32,000 nt of DNA from Candidatus Paracaedimonas acanthamoebae (GTDB taxonomy: Bacteria > Pseudomonadota > Alphaproteobacteria > Caedimonadales > Caedimonadaceae): contig CP008936.1 in NCBI GenBank assembly GCA_000743035.1, positions 1,380,001 through 1,412,000 on the forward strand, given 5' to 3'. This document shows, in pieces, positions 1-10,357 of the stretch; the first letter of the stretch is position 1, and the number at the start of each line of letters is the position of its first letter. The position numbers and the translations under genes were made by a program. The notes below the pieces were generated by a model, which saw only the letters and a list, made by a program, of their open reading frames with translations, did not search any database and was not told the DNA's origin.

Positions 1-1
1 C

Positions 2-1183
2 ATGTTAAATTCAAATAACTCACAAACCTATACCTTAAACTTTGGACCTCAGCATCCTGCAGCCCACGGTGTTTTACGTTTGATTCTTGAACTGGATGGT
101 GAAATTGTTGAACGAGCAGATCCACATATTGGATTTTTGCATCGAGGTACCGAAAAACTTATTGAGCATAAAACCTACCTTCAAGCTCTTCCTTACTTTG
201 ATCGCCTTGATTATGTTGCTCCTCTTAATCAAGAGCATGCTTTTGCCCTTGCCATAGAAACGCTATTAGATATTGATGTTCCTTTACGCGGACAATATAT
301 ACGTGTTCTCTTTTGTGAGTTAGGGCGTCTTTTAAACCACTTACTTAACATTACAACTTTTGCAATGGATATAGGAGCCGTAACACCTTTTTTGATCGGC
401 TTTGAAGAGCGGGAAAAATTAATGGAATTTTATGAGCGTGCTAGTGGTGCTCGCTTGCATGCAAATTATTTTCGTCCAGGAGGAGTTCATCAAGATCTTC
501 CAGCGGGGCTTCTGGAAGATATCTTTATCTTTATAGAGCATTTTCCAAAAGTTATGGACAATCTTGAAGGATTACTGACAGAAAATCGTATTTTTAAGCA
601 AAGAACTGTTGATATTGGTATTGTGTCAGCAGAACAAGCACTTGATTGGGGGTTCACAGGCCCTATGTTGCGTGCCTCAAATGTTGCCTGGGACTTAAGA
701 CGAGCGCAACCCTATGATGTTTATGATCGGATGGATTTTCATATTCCTGTTGGTAAACATGGCGATTGCTACGATCGCTATTTAGTTCGCATGTATGAAA
801 TGCGTGAAAGCCTTAAAATTATTTCACAATGTTTGGAACAAATGCCTGAAGGCCCTGTTATGACAAGCGACAGAAAAGTTGCGCCTCCACCTCGATCTGA
901 GATGAAAACTTCAATGGAAGCAATGATCCATCATTTCAAATTGTATACTGAAGGATATCATGTGCCCAGAGGAGAAATTTATAAAGCCGTCGAGGCCCCA
1001 AAAGGAGAGTTCGGCGTCTATTTAGTCGCAGATGGCACAAACAAACCATATCGTTGTAAAATTAGACCACCAAGTTATCTTTTTCTTCAAGCTACTGATT
1101 TTATGACGCGTGGCCATATGATTGCCGATGTTGCAGCTATTGTTGGTTCTATGGATATCGTTTTTGGAGAAATCGACCGGTGA
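2..1183 (+). CDS. nuoD: NADH-quinone oxidoreductase subunit D (complex I 49-kDa subunit)
   Basis: 393-aa ORF with the NuoD signature [14 protein letters not shown] near the N-terminus and an [11 protein letters not shown]-terminus. It is the first gene of a tightly packed nuoDEFGHI string. Its TGA overlaps the GTG start of the next gene (GTGA). Confidence 0.97.
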   Translation: MLNSNNSQTYTLNFGPQHPAAHGVLRLILELDGEIVERADPHIGFLHRGTEKLIEHKTYLQALPYFDRLDYVAPLNQEHAFALAIETLLDIDVPLRGQYIRVLFCELGRLLNHLLNITTFAMDIGAVTPFLIGFEEREKLMEFYERASGARLHANYFRPGGVHQDLPAGLLEDIFIFIEHFPKVMDNLEGLLTENRIFKQRTVDIGIVSAEQALDWGFTGPMLRASNVAWDLRRAQPYDVYDRMDFHIPVGKHGDCYDRYLVRMYEMRESLKIISQCLEQMPEGPVMTSDRKVAPPPRSEMKTSMEAMIHHFKLYTEGYHVPRGEIYKAVEAPKGEFGVYLVADGTNKPYRCKIRPPSYLFLQATDFMTRGHMIADVAAIVGSMDIVFGEIDR

Positions 1184-1776
1184 AACGCACTTTAACTTCT
1201 CAAGGTAAACCTTTTACATTTTCCCCCAAAAATCAGAAGAAAGTTACTGAAATTATTTCACAATATCCTGTGACGCGACAAGCAAGTGCTATTTTACCTC
1301 TTTTAGACCTTGCACAACGCCAAGCTGAAGGATGGCTCCCTCAAGAAGCCATCGAGCATGTCGCCGAGCTTTTAAAAATATCTCCTATTCGAGCTTATGA
1401 AATTGCAACTTTCTATACCATGTTTAATTTATCTCCTCGAGGGAAATATCTTCTACAAGTTTGTACAACAACACCTTGCCAACTTGTAGGAAGTGACGAA
1501 ATTTTACAGGCATGCAATCAAACTGCCGATGTGGAACAAGGTGAGATTTCTAAAGATGGTCTTTTCACTGTTTTCGAGGTTGAGTGCTTAGGGGCCTGCG
1601 TTAATGCGCCTGTCGTGCAAATTAATGATGATTATTTTGAGGATCTGAATGCTGAGCGCATGCTGAACATTTTAAATGACTTAAAGCTAGGAAAACAAGT
1701 TAAGCCAGGATCCACAATAGGCCGTCAATGCTCGGCTGCCTATGAAGGTCCTCACCATGAAAAAGAAGACGTGTAA
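1180..1776 (+). CDS. nuoE: NADH-quinone oxidoreductase subunit E (24-kDa, 2Fe-2S)
   Basis: 198-aa ORF with the thioredoxin-like 2Fe-2S cysteine pattern (CTTTPC ... CLGAC). GTG start overlaps the nuoD stop, and its stop overlaps the nuoF ATG (TAATG). Confidence 0.95.
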   Translation: MKRTLTSQGKPFTFSPKNQKKVTEIISQYPVTRQASAILPLLDLAQRQAEGWLPQEAIEHVAELLKISPIRAYEIATFYTMFNLSPRGKYLLQVCTTTPCQLVGSDEILQACNQTADVEQGEISKDGLFTVFEVECLGACVNAPVVQINDDYFEDLNAERMLNILNDLKLGKQVKPGSTIGRQCSAAYEGPHHEKEDV

Positions 1777-3050
1777 TGTTATCCCTTAAAGACCGTATTT
1801 TCCAAAATCTTTATGGCCAAAAAGGATGGCATCTTGAACATGCGCGTGCGCGAGGAGACTGGGAGCAAACCTGTGAATTTATCCAAAAAGGGCCAGAGTG
1901 GATTATTTCTGAGATTACGCTTTCAGGATTAAGAGGACGAGGGGGTGCAGGCTTCCCCACAGGCCGAAAGTGGTCCTTCATGCCAAAAGCTGATAAATTA
2001 CCGCATTATTTAGTCATTAATGCAGATGAGAGTGAGCCTGGCACATGTAAAGATCGTGACATTATAAGAAATGAACCGCATAAGCTTATTGAAGGTGCAC
2101 TGCTCGCAGGCTTTGCAATTGAGGCTCATACAGCCTATATTTATATCCGTGGTGAATTTTATCGTGAAGCCGAGCGTCTTCAAATGGCGATTAATGAAGC
2201 TTATAAAGCTGGACTTTTAGGAAAAAACGCCGTTAATTCGGGATGGGATTTTGATCTTTATCTGCATCGTGGCGCTGGAGCTTACATCTGTGGCGAAGAA
2301 ACAGCGCTTCTTGAAAGTTTAGAAGGCCGCAAGGGAATGCCTCGCTTAAAACCTCCTTTCCCAGCTTTAATAGGACTTTATGGATGCCCGACAATTATCA
2401 ATAATGTTGAAACAATTGCCGTCGTTCCCGAGATATTACGCCGGGGCGGACAATGGTTTGCCTCTCTTGGAAAACCAGGAAATACAGGCACAAAAATTTT
2501 TTGTGTCTCAGGTCATGTAAATAAAGCGTGCAATGTTGAGGAAGCTTTAGGAATCCCTCTTAAAACTCTCATTGAAACTTATGCTGGGGGGGTACGTGGG
2601 GGATGGGATAACCTTCTTGCAATTATTCCAGGAGGTTCTTCTGTCTCATTACTTCCCAAACAAATCTGTGATGAAATAACCATGGATTATGATGCATTGA
2701 AAGAAGTACACAGTGGCCTAGGAACAGCCGGCATTATTGTTATGGATAAATCCACTGATATTGTTCTTGCTATTGCAAGACTTGCAAAATTTTATATGCA
2801 TGAGAGCTGTGGCCAATGTACCCCTTGTCGAGAGGGAACTGGTTGGATGTGGCGCATTCTCACAAAATTAGCTCATGGTGAAGGAACAATAAGAGATATT
2901 GATCTCTTAGAAGAAGTCACCTACCAAATCGAAGGAAAAACAATTTGTGCCTTTGGTGATGCTGCTGCCTGGCCAGTACAAGGATTGATCCGGCATTTCC
3001 GTCCTGAATTAGAACGTCGGGTAAATAAAATGATCGCCACAGACATTTAA
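1776..3050 (+). CDS. nuoF: NADH-quinone oxidoreductase subunit F (51-kDa, FMN/NADH-binding)
   Basis: 424-aa ORF with the FMN/NADH site [13 protein letters not shown] and the 4Fe-4S motif [12 protein letters not shown]. Confidence 0.97.
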   Translation: MLSLKDRIFQNLYGQKGWHLEHARARGDWEQTCEFIQKGPEWIISEITLSGLRGRGGAGFPTGRKWSFMPKADKLPHYLVINADESEPGTCKDRDIIRNEPHKLIEGALLAGFAIEAHTAYIYIRGEFYREAERLQMAINEAYKAGLLGKNAVNSGWDFDLYLHRGAGAYICGEETALLESLEGRKGMPRLKPPFPALIGLYGCPTIINNVETIAVVPEILRRGGQWFASLGKPGNTGTKIFCVSGHVNKACNVEEALGIPLKTLIETYAGGVRGGWDNLLAIIPGGSSVSLLPKQICDEITMDYDALKEVHSGLGTAGIIVMDKSTDIVLAIARLAKFYMHESCGQCTPCREGTGWMWRILTKLAHGEGTIRDIDLLEEVTYQIEGKTICAFGDAAAWPVQGLIRHFRPELERRVNKMIATDI

Positions 3051-3089
3051 AATAAGAAATTTATGGTTTTTAAGGAATAAACTAAGTAA

Positions 3090-5144
3090 ATGCCAAAGTT
3101 AACAATTAACAATCAATCTATTGAAGTCTCTGAAGATACAACAGTTCTTCAAGCAGCTCAGCTCCTTGGACTTGAAATTCCCGTTTTTTGTTACCATTCT
3201 CGCCTTTCTATTGCTGGCAATTGTAGGATGTGCTTAGTGCAACTCGGTGAAAGTACAAAGCCAATTGCCAGTTGTGCTATGCCTGCAACTGAAGGAATGG
3301 TTATTCATACGAATACTCCTCTTATTCAAAAAACACGCAAATCAATATTAGAGTTCTTGCTGATCAACCATCCTCTCGATTGCCCGATCTGTGATCAAGG
3401 GGGCGAGTGTGATCTTCAAGATATTACAATGGCTTATGGACCTTCAACAACTCGTTTTCAAGAAAATAAACGAGCCATTCAAGACAAATACATGGGCCCC
3501 CTTATCCAAACATTTATGACGCGTTGCATCCATTGTACTCGATGTGTTCGCTTTGCAACTGAAATCGCTGGTATTCCTGAATTAGGTGCCATTGGGCGAG
3601 GTGAAAACATGGAAATCACAAGCTATCTCGATCAAGCAATCACTTCTGAGCTTTCTGGTAATATGATCGATCTATGTCCCGTTGGTGCTCTCACATCTAA
3701 GCCTTATGCTTTTAGAGGACGCCCCTGGGACCTTACGACAACTGAATCTATCGATGTTTTAGATGCGGTTGGCAGCAATATTCGAATTGACACTTATAAG
3801 ACACGTGTTATTCGTATTCTACCGCGATTACATGAACATATTAATGAAGAATGGATTTCTGACAAAACGCGTTTCGCATGCGATGGTTTAAGTCGTCAGC
3901 GTCTCGATCAATCCTACATCCGTCAGAAGGGAAAACTCGTTCCCGCAAGCTGGGATGAAGCTTTAAAAACGATAAAATTACGACTTCAAAATGTTCCTGG
4001 TCAAAAAATAGCAGCACTTGCAGGGGATCTTATCGACTGTGAAGCTATGCTTGCTTTAAAAGATCTTTTGCGTTCTTTAGGATCCCCTCATCTTGATTGT
4101 CGTCAAGATGGCGCTCAATTAGAGGGCAAAGTCAGAGCAGAATATTTGTTTAATACAACAATTGCAGGAATTGAACAGAGTGATTTCTGCTTGATTATTC
4201 AGTCACAGTTACGTGCTGAAGCCCCTCTCATTCATGCACGCCTCCGAAAACGTTATCTTCAAGGTAATTTTAAAGTTGCTTACCTTGGCGGAGCATTACC
4301 TTATAAGTATAATTATAACTTTGATTACGATAACTATGGGCAAGATCCGAACTTGCTTGATACAATTCTACAAGATCGTCACCCTCTCAGCCAAGCTCTC
4401 AGAGAAGCTAAATTTCCGATGATTATTATTGGGCAAGATGCTTTGGTACGCCAAGATGGCGCTCATCTTCTTGCAAAAGTGAGATCACTCGCAGAAAAAT
4501 TCAATATGGTTCGTCCTGACTGGAATGGATTTAATGTTTTACATAAAGCTGCTGCTCGTGTGGGCGGGTTAGATGTTGGGTTTACACCTGGGGAACAGGG
4601 GCTTGATAAAAATAATATTTTAGTTGCGGCGGTCAAAGGGGATATAGAGGTTATCTATCTCCTAGGAGCAGATGAGATCGATATGAACCAGCTTGGGCAA
4701 GCTTTTGTTATTTATCAAGGTCATCATGGAGATGCCGGGGCTCACCGCGCCGACGTTATTCTTCCAGGTGCAGCTTACACAGAGAAACAAGCAACATATG
4801 TGAATACTGAAGGTCGTGTTCAACGGACTTACCCTGCCCTTCTCCCCCCGGGTGATGCTAAAGAAGATTGGAAAATCATCCGTGCTCTTTCTCAAGCTTT
4901 AGATAAACCTCTCCCATATAATAACTTAGAAGAGATCAGGGATCATCTCATCCAAGTAAATCCCATTTTTAATTCTATCGACGTAATTCAACCAGCAACG
5001 TGGGACGTATTTGGCAAAGAAGGAAACTTTTCAAAGATTCCTTTCAATTCTTTTAACTGTGAGTTCTACATGACTGATTCCATCAGTCGACACTCTCCTA
5101 CTATGGCAACATGCGTCGAAATGCTTGAAAAAGAGGCTACTTAA
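3090..5144 (+). CDS. nuoG: NADH-quinone oxidoreductase subunit G (75-kDa)
   Basis: 684-aa ORF. N-terminal ferredoxin-type cysteines ([15 protein letters not shown]), [18 protein letters not shown] and [10 protein letters not shown] cluster motifs, and a long molybdopterin-oxidoreductase-like C-terminal half. Confidence 0.96.
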   Translation: MPKLTINNQSIEVSEDTTVLQAAQLLGLEIPVFCYHSRLSIAGNCRMCLVQLGESTKPIASCAMPATEGMVIHTNTPLIQKTRKSILEFLLINHPLDCPICDQGGECDLQDITMAYGPSTTRFQENKRAIQDKYMGPLIQTFMTRCIHCTRCVRFATEIAGIPELGAIGRGENMEITSYLDQAITSELSGNMIDLCPVGALTSKPYAFRGRPWDLTTTESIDVLDAVGSNIRIDTYKTRVIRILPRLHEHINEEWISDKTRFACDGLSRQRLDQSYIRQKGKLVPASWDEALKTIKLRLQNVPGQKIAALAGDLIDCEAMLALKDLLRSLGSPHLDCRQDGAQLEGKVRAEYLFNTTIAGIEQSDFCLIIQSQLRAEAPLIHARLRKRYLQGNFKVAYLGGALPYKYNYNFDYDNYGQDPNLLDTILQDRHPLSQALREAKFPMIIIGQDALVRQDGAHLLAKVRSLAEKFNMVRPDWNGFNVLHKAAARVGGLDVGFTPGEQGLDKNNILVAAVKGDIEVIYLLGADEIDMNQLGQAFVIYQGHHGDAGAHRADVILPGAAYTEKQATYVNTEGRVQRTYPALLPPGDAKEDWKIIRALSQALDKPLPYNNLEEIRDHLIQVNPIFNSIDVIQPATWDVFGKEGNFSKIPFNSFNCEFYMTDSISRHSPTMATCVEMLEKEAT

Positions 5145-5146
5145 AA

Positions 5147-6166
5147 ATGGTTGAACTTTGGTCTCAATACTTTCTTCCACTTTTAGAGATCGTCGGACAG
5201 ATTATTTTAATTGTTTTGCCCTTAATTGTTTGTGTCGCCTACCTTACATATGCTGAACGTCGTGTTATGGCTGCTATGCAAATGCGTATTGGCCCTAATA
5301 CAGTCGGTCCTTTTGGACTTTTGCAACCAATTGCTGATGCCATAAAACTTCTGCATAAGGAACCAATTATCCCAGCAAAAGCCAATTTATTTCTTTTTCT
5401 TTTTGCTCCTATTCTTACATTTAGCCTTTCTATGCTTGCATGGGCAGTTATTCCTTTTAATGAACATTGGGTATTAGCAAATATTAATGTGGGAGTCCTT
5501 TACTGGTTTGCCATATCTTCTTTAGGGGTTTATGGCATCATTATTGCTGGATGGGCAAGTAATTCGAGATATCCTTTTCTTGGCGCTCTCAGGTCTGCGG
5601 CTCAAATGATTTCTTATGAAGTTTCCATTGGATTCGTGATTGTCACCGTTCTTCTTTGCACTGGTTCTCTTAACTTGATAGAAATTGTAGAAGCTCAAAA
5701 ACGGCATTGGTTTGCTCTTACTTTATTTCCGATGTTTATTATCTTTTTTATTTCATCCTTAGCAGAAACAAATCGAGCCCCTTTTGATCTTCCAGAAGCA
5801 GAAGCTGAATTAGTTGCTGGCTTTAATGTTGAATATTCTTCTATTTTCTTTGCCTTATTCTTTTTAGGAGAATATGCAAATATGATTCTTATGAGTGCTA
5901 TGGCATCTCTCTTGTTCTTAGGAGGTTGGCTTCCACCGTTCAATATCCCTCCTTTTACATATATTCCGGGATTTATCTGGTTTGCAGTTAAAATCTCTTT
6001 CATGCTATTCTTATTTTTATGGATACGCGCAACACTTCCTCGCTATCGTTATGATCAACTCATGCGACTTGGCTGGAAGGTTTTCCTCCCCATTAGCCTA
6101 GGAATGGTGGTGATGGTTTCTAGCGTCCTTGTTTATTTTGATAAGCTACCAAAAAGTGGAAGTTAA
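5147..6166 (+). CDS. nuoH: NADH-quinone oxidoreductase subunit H (ND1 homologue)
   Basis: 339-aa polytopic membrane protein with the conserved ND1/NuoH stretches [16 protein letters not shown] and [19 protein letters not shown]. Starts 3 nt after the nuoG stop. Confidence 0.96.
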   Translation: MVELWSQYFLPLLEIVGQIILIVLPLIVCVAYLTYAERRVMAAMQMRIGPNTVGPFGLLQPIADAIKLLHKEPIIPAKANLFLFLFAPILTFSLSMLAWAVIPFNEHWVLANINVGVLYWFAISSLGVYGIIIAGWASNSRYPFLGALRSAAQMISYEVSIGFVIVTVLLCTGSLNLIEIVEAQKRHWFALTLFPMFIIFFISSLAETNRAPFDLPEAEAELVAGFNVEYSSIFFALFFLGEYANMILMSAMASLLFLGGWLPPFNIPPFTYIPGFIWFAVKISFMLFLFLWIRATLPRYRYDQLMRLGWKVFLPISLGMVVMVSSVLVYFDKLPKSGS

Positions 6167-6658
6167 ATGCTTGCTCGATTAATTGGATTTCTTAAAACTT
6201 TTGTTCTTTATGATATCCTATCAGGTCTTTTAATTACTCTTCGTTATTTTTTTAAACCCAAAGTTACCATCCATTACCCTCATGAAAAAGGTTTAGTAAG
6301 TCCGCGTATGCGAGGTGAACATGCACTCCGCCGCTATCCTCATGGAGAAGAACGCTGTATTGCTTGTAAACTTTGTGAAGCTGTATGCCCTGCTCAAGCA
6401 ATTACGATTGATGCTGAACCTCGCCATGATGGTTCACGACGTACTTATCGTTATGATATTGATATGACAAAATGTATTTATTGTGGCCTTTGTCAAGAAG
6501 CGTGCCCTGTTGATGCTATTGTTGAAGGACCTAATTTTGAATTTGCGACCTTTAGCCGTGAAGAACTTTTTTACAATAAAGAAAAACTCCTAGAGAACGG
6601 TGATCAATGGGAAGCTCTTCTCGCAGAAAATATTAAACTAGACGCCCCTTATCGATAA
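6167..6658 (+). CDS. nuoI: NADH-quinone oxidoreductase subunit I (2x 4Fe-4S)
   Basis: 163-aa ORF with two CxxCxxCxxxCP motifs ([24 protein letters not shown]). ATG directly abuts the nuoH TAA. Confidence 0.96.
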   Translation: MLARLIGFLKTFVLYDILSGLLITLRYFFKPKVTIHYPHEKGLVSPRMRGEHALRRYPHGEERCIACKLCEAVCPAQAITIDAEPRHDGSRRTYRYDIDMTKCIYCGLCQEACPVDAIVEGPNFEFATFSREELFYNKEKLLENGDQWEALLAENIKLDAPYR

Positions 6659-6750
6659 ACATATTCATTTCTCAATTACTTTTTAAAAAAATAGGCATGA
6701 TGCTCGCTTGACTGCTCTAGAAATTTTCGTCATTTTAAAGACTTCTCTGA

Positions 6751-8334
6751 TTGTTTGCGAGGCTTTCTGTGCTATCTTTTTCTCTGTCATCTAAACAATA
6801 CATGTGGTGCATGCTTCTAACAATTGGCACACTCGTTTTCTTACTAAATATCGATTATACCGCTGTCAATCTTGCGCTCTTACCAATTTCAGAAGAAATT
6901 GAGTGTGATCTTAACAGTTTACAACGGCTTCTTAGTGGGTATGTGCTGACTTGGGGTGCCGTTGTTGTTCCTGCTGGCCGACTTGCAGACCTTTATGGAA
7001 GAAAAAATGTTCTTATTGCAGGCCTTATTATTTTCATGATTGGTTCTATTTTAACTGGCGCTGGTCACCATATTTCGTTTCTCATCGGAGGTCGTATTTT
7101 ACAAGGTATTGGAGCCGCTGTTTTCACAGCGCCAGCAATGAGCCTTATTTTTACAACGGCTCCCCTCTCTCAACAAGGCTTAGCCATGGGGATTATCAGC
7201 AGTTTAGGAGGCTTTGGTTTAGCAACAGGGCCAACATTTGCAGGCTGGATCATCAAATCTTTTGGTTGGCGCTGGCTTTTTTATATTAATATTCCCCTTA
7301 GCCTATTTGTTATTGTCATAATTTTTTATCTTACGCCCAAAAATGAAACTTCGTCTTCTTCTCCTAAAGTTGATAAGGGTAATGCATTGCTTCTGTCTTG
7401 CGGCCTTGGAAGCTTTATGTTTGCCCTAAATCAAATTGAAGTATGGGGGGCGCAAGATCTTTGGTTTTGGGGATTATTAACACTAGGATGTGTCCTTCTT
7501 ATTATTTTTGCTTTGAGAGATAAAAATTCTCTTTTCCAGACGTTTCCTTATACTCTTTTAAAAAATAAAGCCTTTATGAGTACTGGAGGCGCCATCTTTG
7601 GAACAGCGTACTGCTTTTCTCTCATCTTAATTATGATTGCTTTATATCTTCAAAATACACTTAAAATGAACAGTTTAGAAACAGGCTACATCTTTTTAGC
7701 AATGACACTTTCTGTGGGACTTCTTTCCCCTATTGGTGGAAAACTTGTTGATCTTATTGACATACGAATTCCTCTTATAAGTGCTTTTATTTTATTGTTT
7801 AGCGCCCTTTTATTGATGAGTTTTTTCTCAGAAACAACTTCTATGATTTTTATATTGATTGCACTTTTCTTAGCAGGACTTGGAATTGGTTTCAATTTCC
7901 CAGCAATGAACACCGCGATGTTTCGGACGATTGAACCTACAGATATTAATACTGGCTCGGCTGTTTTTGTCATGTGTGCCATGCTTGGGAATACCTTCGC
8001 AATTATTGTCTCAACGAACCTTATTGTTATACTAGGTCGGAGTGAGTTAACAACTTTGCTTAATCAATATAATATTGTACTAACGTCTCCCGAATATGAG
8101 CAACTTATAAGTATTATTAATAAAGTTGAGCATACGGCCCAGCAACTAAGTGGTTTTGCTAAAGATAAAATTCCTCATCTTTTACACCTTATAGATCTAG
8201 CTTTTTTAAATGGAATGAGGATAACAATGTGGATTGGGATGGGACTTACCCTTTTATCCGCCATTCTTGTATGCAAATTTTTAAAACTTAAAGCTACCGC
8301 CCCATCATCTCAGCATATGACCACTCATTTTTAA
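6751..8334 (+). CDS. MFS transporter, DHA2 (EmrB/QacA-like, 14-TMS) drug:H+ antiporter family
   Basis: 527-aa highly hydrophobic ORF with MFS motif A (GRLADLYGRKNVL) and an NIDYTAVNLALLPI TM1 signature typical of DHA2. The annotated start is TTG at 6751. The in-frame ATG at 6802 (MWCMLL...) is an equally plausible start. Confidence 0.85.
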   Translation: MFARLSVLSFSLSSKQYMWCMLLTIGTLVFLLNIDYTAVNLALLPISEEIECDLNSLQRLLSGYVLTWGAVVVPAGRLADLYGRKNVLIAGLIIFMIGSILTGAGHHISFLIGGRILQGIGAAVFTAPAMSLIFTTAPLSQQGLAMGIISSLGGFGLATGPTFAGWIIKSFGWRWLFYINIPLSLFVIVIIFYLTPKNETSSSSPKVDKGNALLLSCGLGSFMFALNQIEVWGAQDLWFWGLLTLGCVLLIIFALRDKNSLFQTFPYTLLKNKAFMSTGGAIFGTAYCFSLILIMIALYLQNTLKMNSLETGYIFLAMTLSVGLLSPIGGKLVDLIDIRIPLISAFILLFSALLLMSFFSETTSMIFILIALFLAGLGIGFNFPAMNTAMFRTIEPTDINTGSAVFVMCAMLGNTFAIIVSTNLIVILGRSELTTLLNQYNIVLTSPEYEQLISIINKVEHTAQQLSGFAKDKIPHLLHLIDLAFLNGMRITMWIGMGLTLLSAILVCKFLKLKATAPSSQHMTTHF

Positions 8335-8398
8335 AATAAAAGATGGAAATTGTTGACGATCTTAAAAGTGCATATTAGGGTCAAAAGCAATTTCTTAA

Positions 8399-8474
<76 letters not shown>

Positions 8475-8712
8475 GTAAAATAAACTGTTTTTAGCTTTCT
8501 TGATTTACGATAAGAAATAATTGTCTCCAAAAGATAGCCTATTGTGATTCTCACAGAGATCCAGAATCTTAAAGATCTTGAAGCGTATCTTAAACTTCCA
8601 GGAAATTATCCGATTACTAAGCTAAAGATGCCTTACCAGCCCCAACCACAAAATAAGAATAAGATTGAGGCACTTGATCTAACTCTAAGCTCAGAAGCAA
8701 CCCATACATGAA

Positions 8713-8910
8713 ATGAAAGAAAAATTACAAACCCTTTATTATAATCTCTTGCTTATGAATGAGTATTTAAAATCAGAAACCAACACTCTCTGTATAAGCA
8801 CCCAAGAGTTGAAAGAGTATTCAAAGCTGCCTCCACCGTCTCAAGAGCAATGCATGCTTTTATCTGAATGTATTGAGAAAATGGTTGCAACAGCTTTTCT
8901 CATTATTTGA
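8713..8910 (+). CDS. hypothetical small protein (65 aa), doubtful
   Basis: Only an ORF in AT-rich DNA just downstream of the tRNA. No recognisable motif and no convincing SD. Confidence 0.15.
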   Translation: MKEKLQTLYYNLLLMNEYLKSETNTLCISTQELKEYSKLPPPSQEQCMLLSECIEKMVATAFLII

Positions 8911-9112
8911 TATCTAGGGTTGAATACCGATAGTGAATTGCAAATAGAAAAGAGCGGTCTTTAAATTATGAGTTATTTTTTATATTTACAATGGCAAGAA
9001 CTATACCCTTTAAATAAGAGTTAAGCAGAATGAATTTTTAGCATATTAATAATTAAAGAATCTTATTTTCTAGTAAAGTACTAGATAATGCTTTGTCTAA
9101 GAGGAGGAAAAA

Positions 9113-10293
9113 ATGAAGCTTAAATATTTGGTAGTTTCTTTTTTTTGGTGTGGTTTAATATTGCCAGCCAGCGGGATTTGTAGCCAATTAATGGACAATA
9201 TGAGAGAGGTAGAAGAAGATTTTAATGCTAGTCCCAAGAAAGCCTTTATCAAATTTAATGAAAGTGATTATCTTACTAATCTTTATGACTCAATTATAGA
9301 GAAAAGTAATTTACTCAAAAAACCTTTTTCTGAACTTTCCCAAGAAGAATATGAAAAATTTAAAGATAGTATAAATCTTTTCAAAGGAACTAATCTAAAA
9401 AAACAAGTTTTTGATCTTCTCTTATTCGCTAAATTGGCTGGGTGCCCTGTTTTAGCTTTGGGCGAGAAAAAGGACTTTTTTTTGATGCCCTCCATATTTA
9501 TGACCCATCTGAAAAAAGTATTTCAGGCAATAATCCAGTAACTGTTCATCCTCATGAAGGTGGGCTTGTGACTATTCAAGCTGTAAATGATGATGAAAAG
9601 AAAACTTTGAGGGGAAAGGAAATAACCACTGATTTAAAGGACAATGCTATAATATATCGCTATCTTAATGATGACTCTCAGGTTTTTGATAGAAAAAAGT
9701 ATGAAAAAGAAAGCAAGGAACATTATGTACATAACAAGATCGCTAAAATATCTTATGATTTCTTAGAAGATTATATTATTTCACCTTATACTATTGAAAA
9801 CATTTATATGAGTAGAATAATACTGGGGCTTAAGAAACTTCCCAAGATTGCTGTTAACCTGATGAGAGGAAAAGCTATTTATATTTCTTCTCAAGAAGGT
9901 AGTAGTGGTTGCCTTTATATGACTTCACATAATACGCCTGTTATAAGTTATTTAGGCTTAATCCCAGGAATTTTTATTGAAAATAATAATGTTACTGATA
10001 AAAATATTGTCTTAATGGCGGGTGCTCTTATTGAACGTTCTGCTTTTAAAAGAAGCGCGGCATGGCAAAACCTGAATTCTATTGATTTTCCTTATTATTT
10101 TTCAGGATTAGAAAGTATCCGAAAAATTTTTAGTGAAGATGGATCTTTCTTTCCCTCTTTTAAAAAGTATATTTTTCAAGAGACGTTAGAGTCAGGGCAA
10201 AAGTCCGCGATAGAGGAATTCTGTAAGTTAGATGTCTCTCGACTTTCCTCCGAAGGTTCTTTTCCTTGTGAAGTTACTTTGCAAATGAGCTAG
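9113..10293 (+). pseudogene. secreted hypothetical protein split into two frames at a T8 tract (ORFs 9113-9541 and 9442-10293)
   Basis: Strong SD (AAGAGGAGGAAAAAATG) and a signal-peptide-like N-terminus (MKLKYLVVSFFWCGLILPASG). The two ORFs overlap by 100 nt, and the T8 run at 9476-9483 lies in the overlap. Adding one T gives ...GEKKDFFFDALHIYDPSEK... and a continuous 393-codon frame. No known family recognised. Confidence 0.6.
9476..9483 (+). repeat. T8 homopolymer at the frame junction of the 9113-10293 gene
   Basis: Read directly: ggacTTTTTTTTgatg. It is the only long homopolymer inside the 9442-9541 frame overlap. Confidence 0.9.
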
Positions 10294-10357
10294 GTTGAGA
10301 TACCTAAGAAGGCAATTATAGTTTTGATTTATCTCTTAATCTTCTTGTTTAGCTAAT

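Noticed and set aside
4213-6003. Track ORFs 4213-4422 (+), 4662-4895 (-), 5522-5707 (-) and 5695-6003 (-) inside nuoG/nuoH
   Set aside because: They are fully nested in, or antisense to, strongly supported complex-I genes. They have low-complexity translations and no start context, so they are shadow ORFs.
6951-7982. ORFs 6951-7289 (+) and 7686-7982 (-) within the MFS transporter gene
   Set aside because: They are alternative-frame or antisense shadows of a clear 14-TMS transporter, with Cys/Trp/Arg-rich nonsense-like translations.
8353-8378. TTGACG upstream of tRNA-Thr as a -35 promoter element
   Set aside because: The best downstream -10-like hexamers (CATATT, TATTAG) are only 12-14 nt away, outside the 16-18-nt spacing of sigma70 promoters.
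8543-8711. Short GTG-initiated ORF (about 55 aa, ...PGNYPITKLKMPYQPQPQNKNKIEALDL...) just downstream of tRNA-Thr
   Set aside because: It is below a reasonable size threshold, with no SD and no recognisable motif. It could be a gene remnant, but this cannot be supported from sequence alone.
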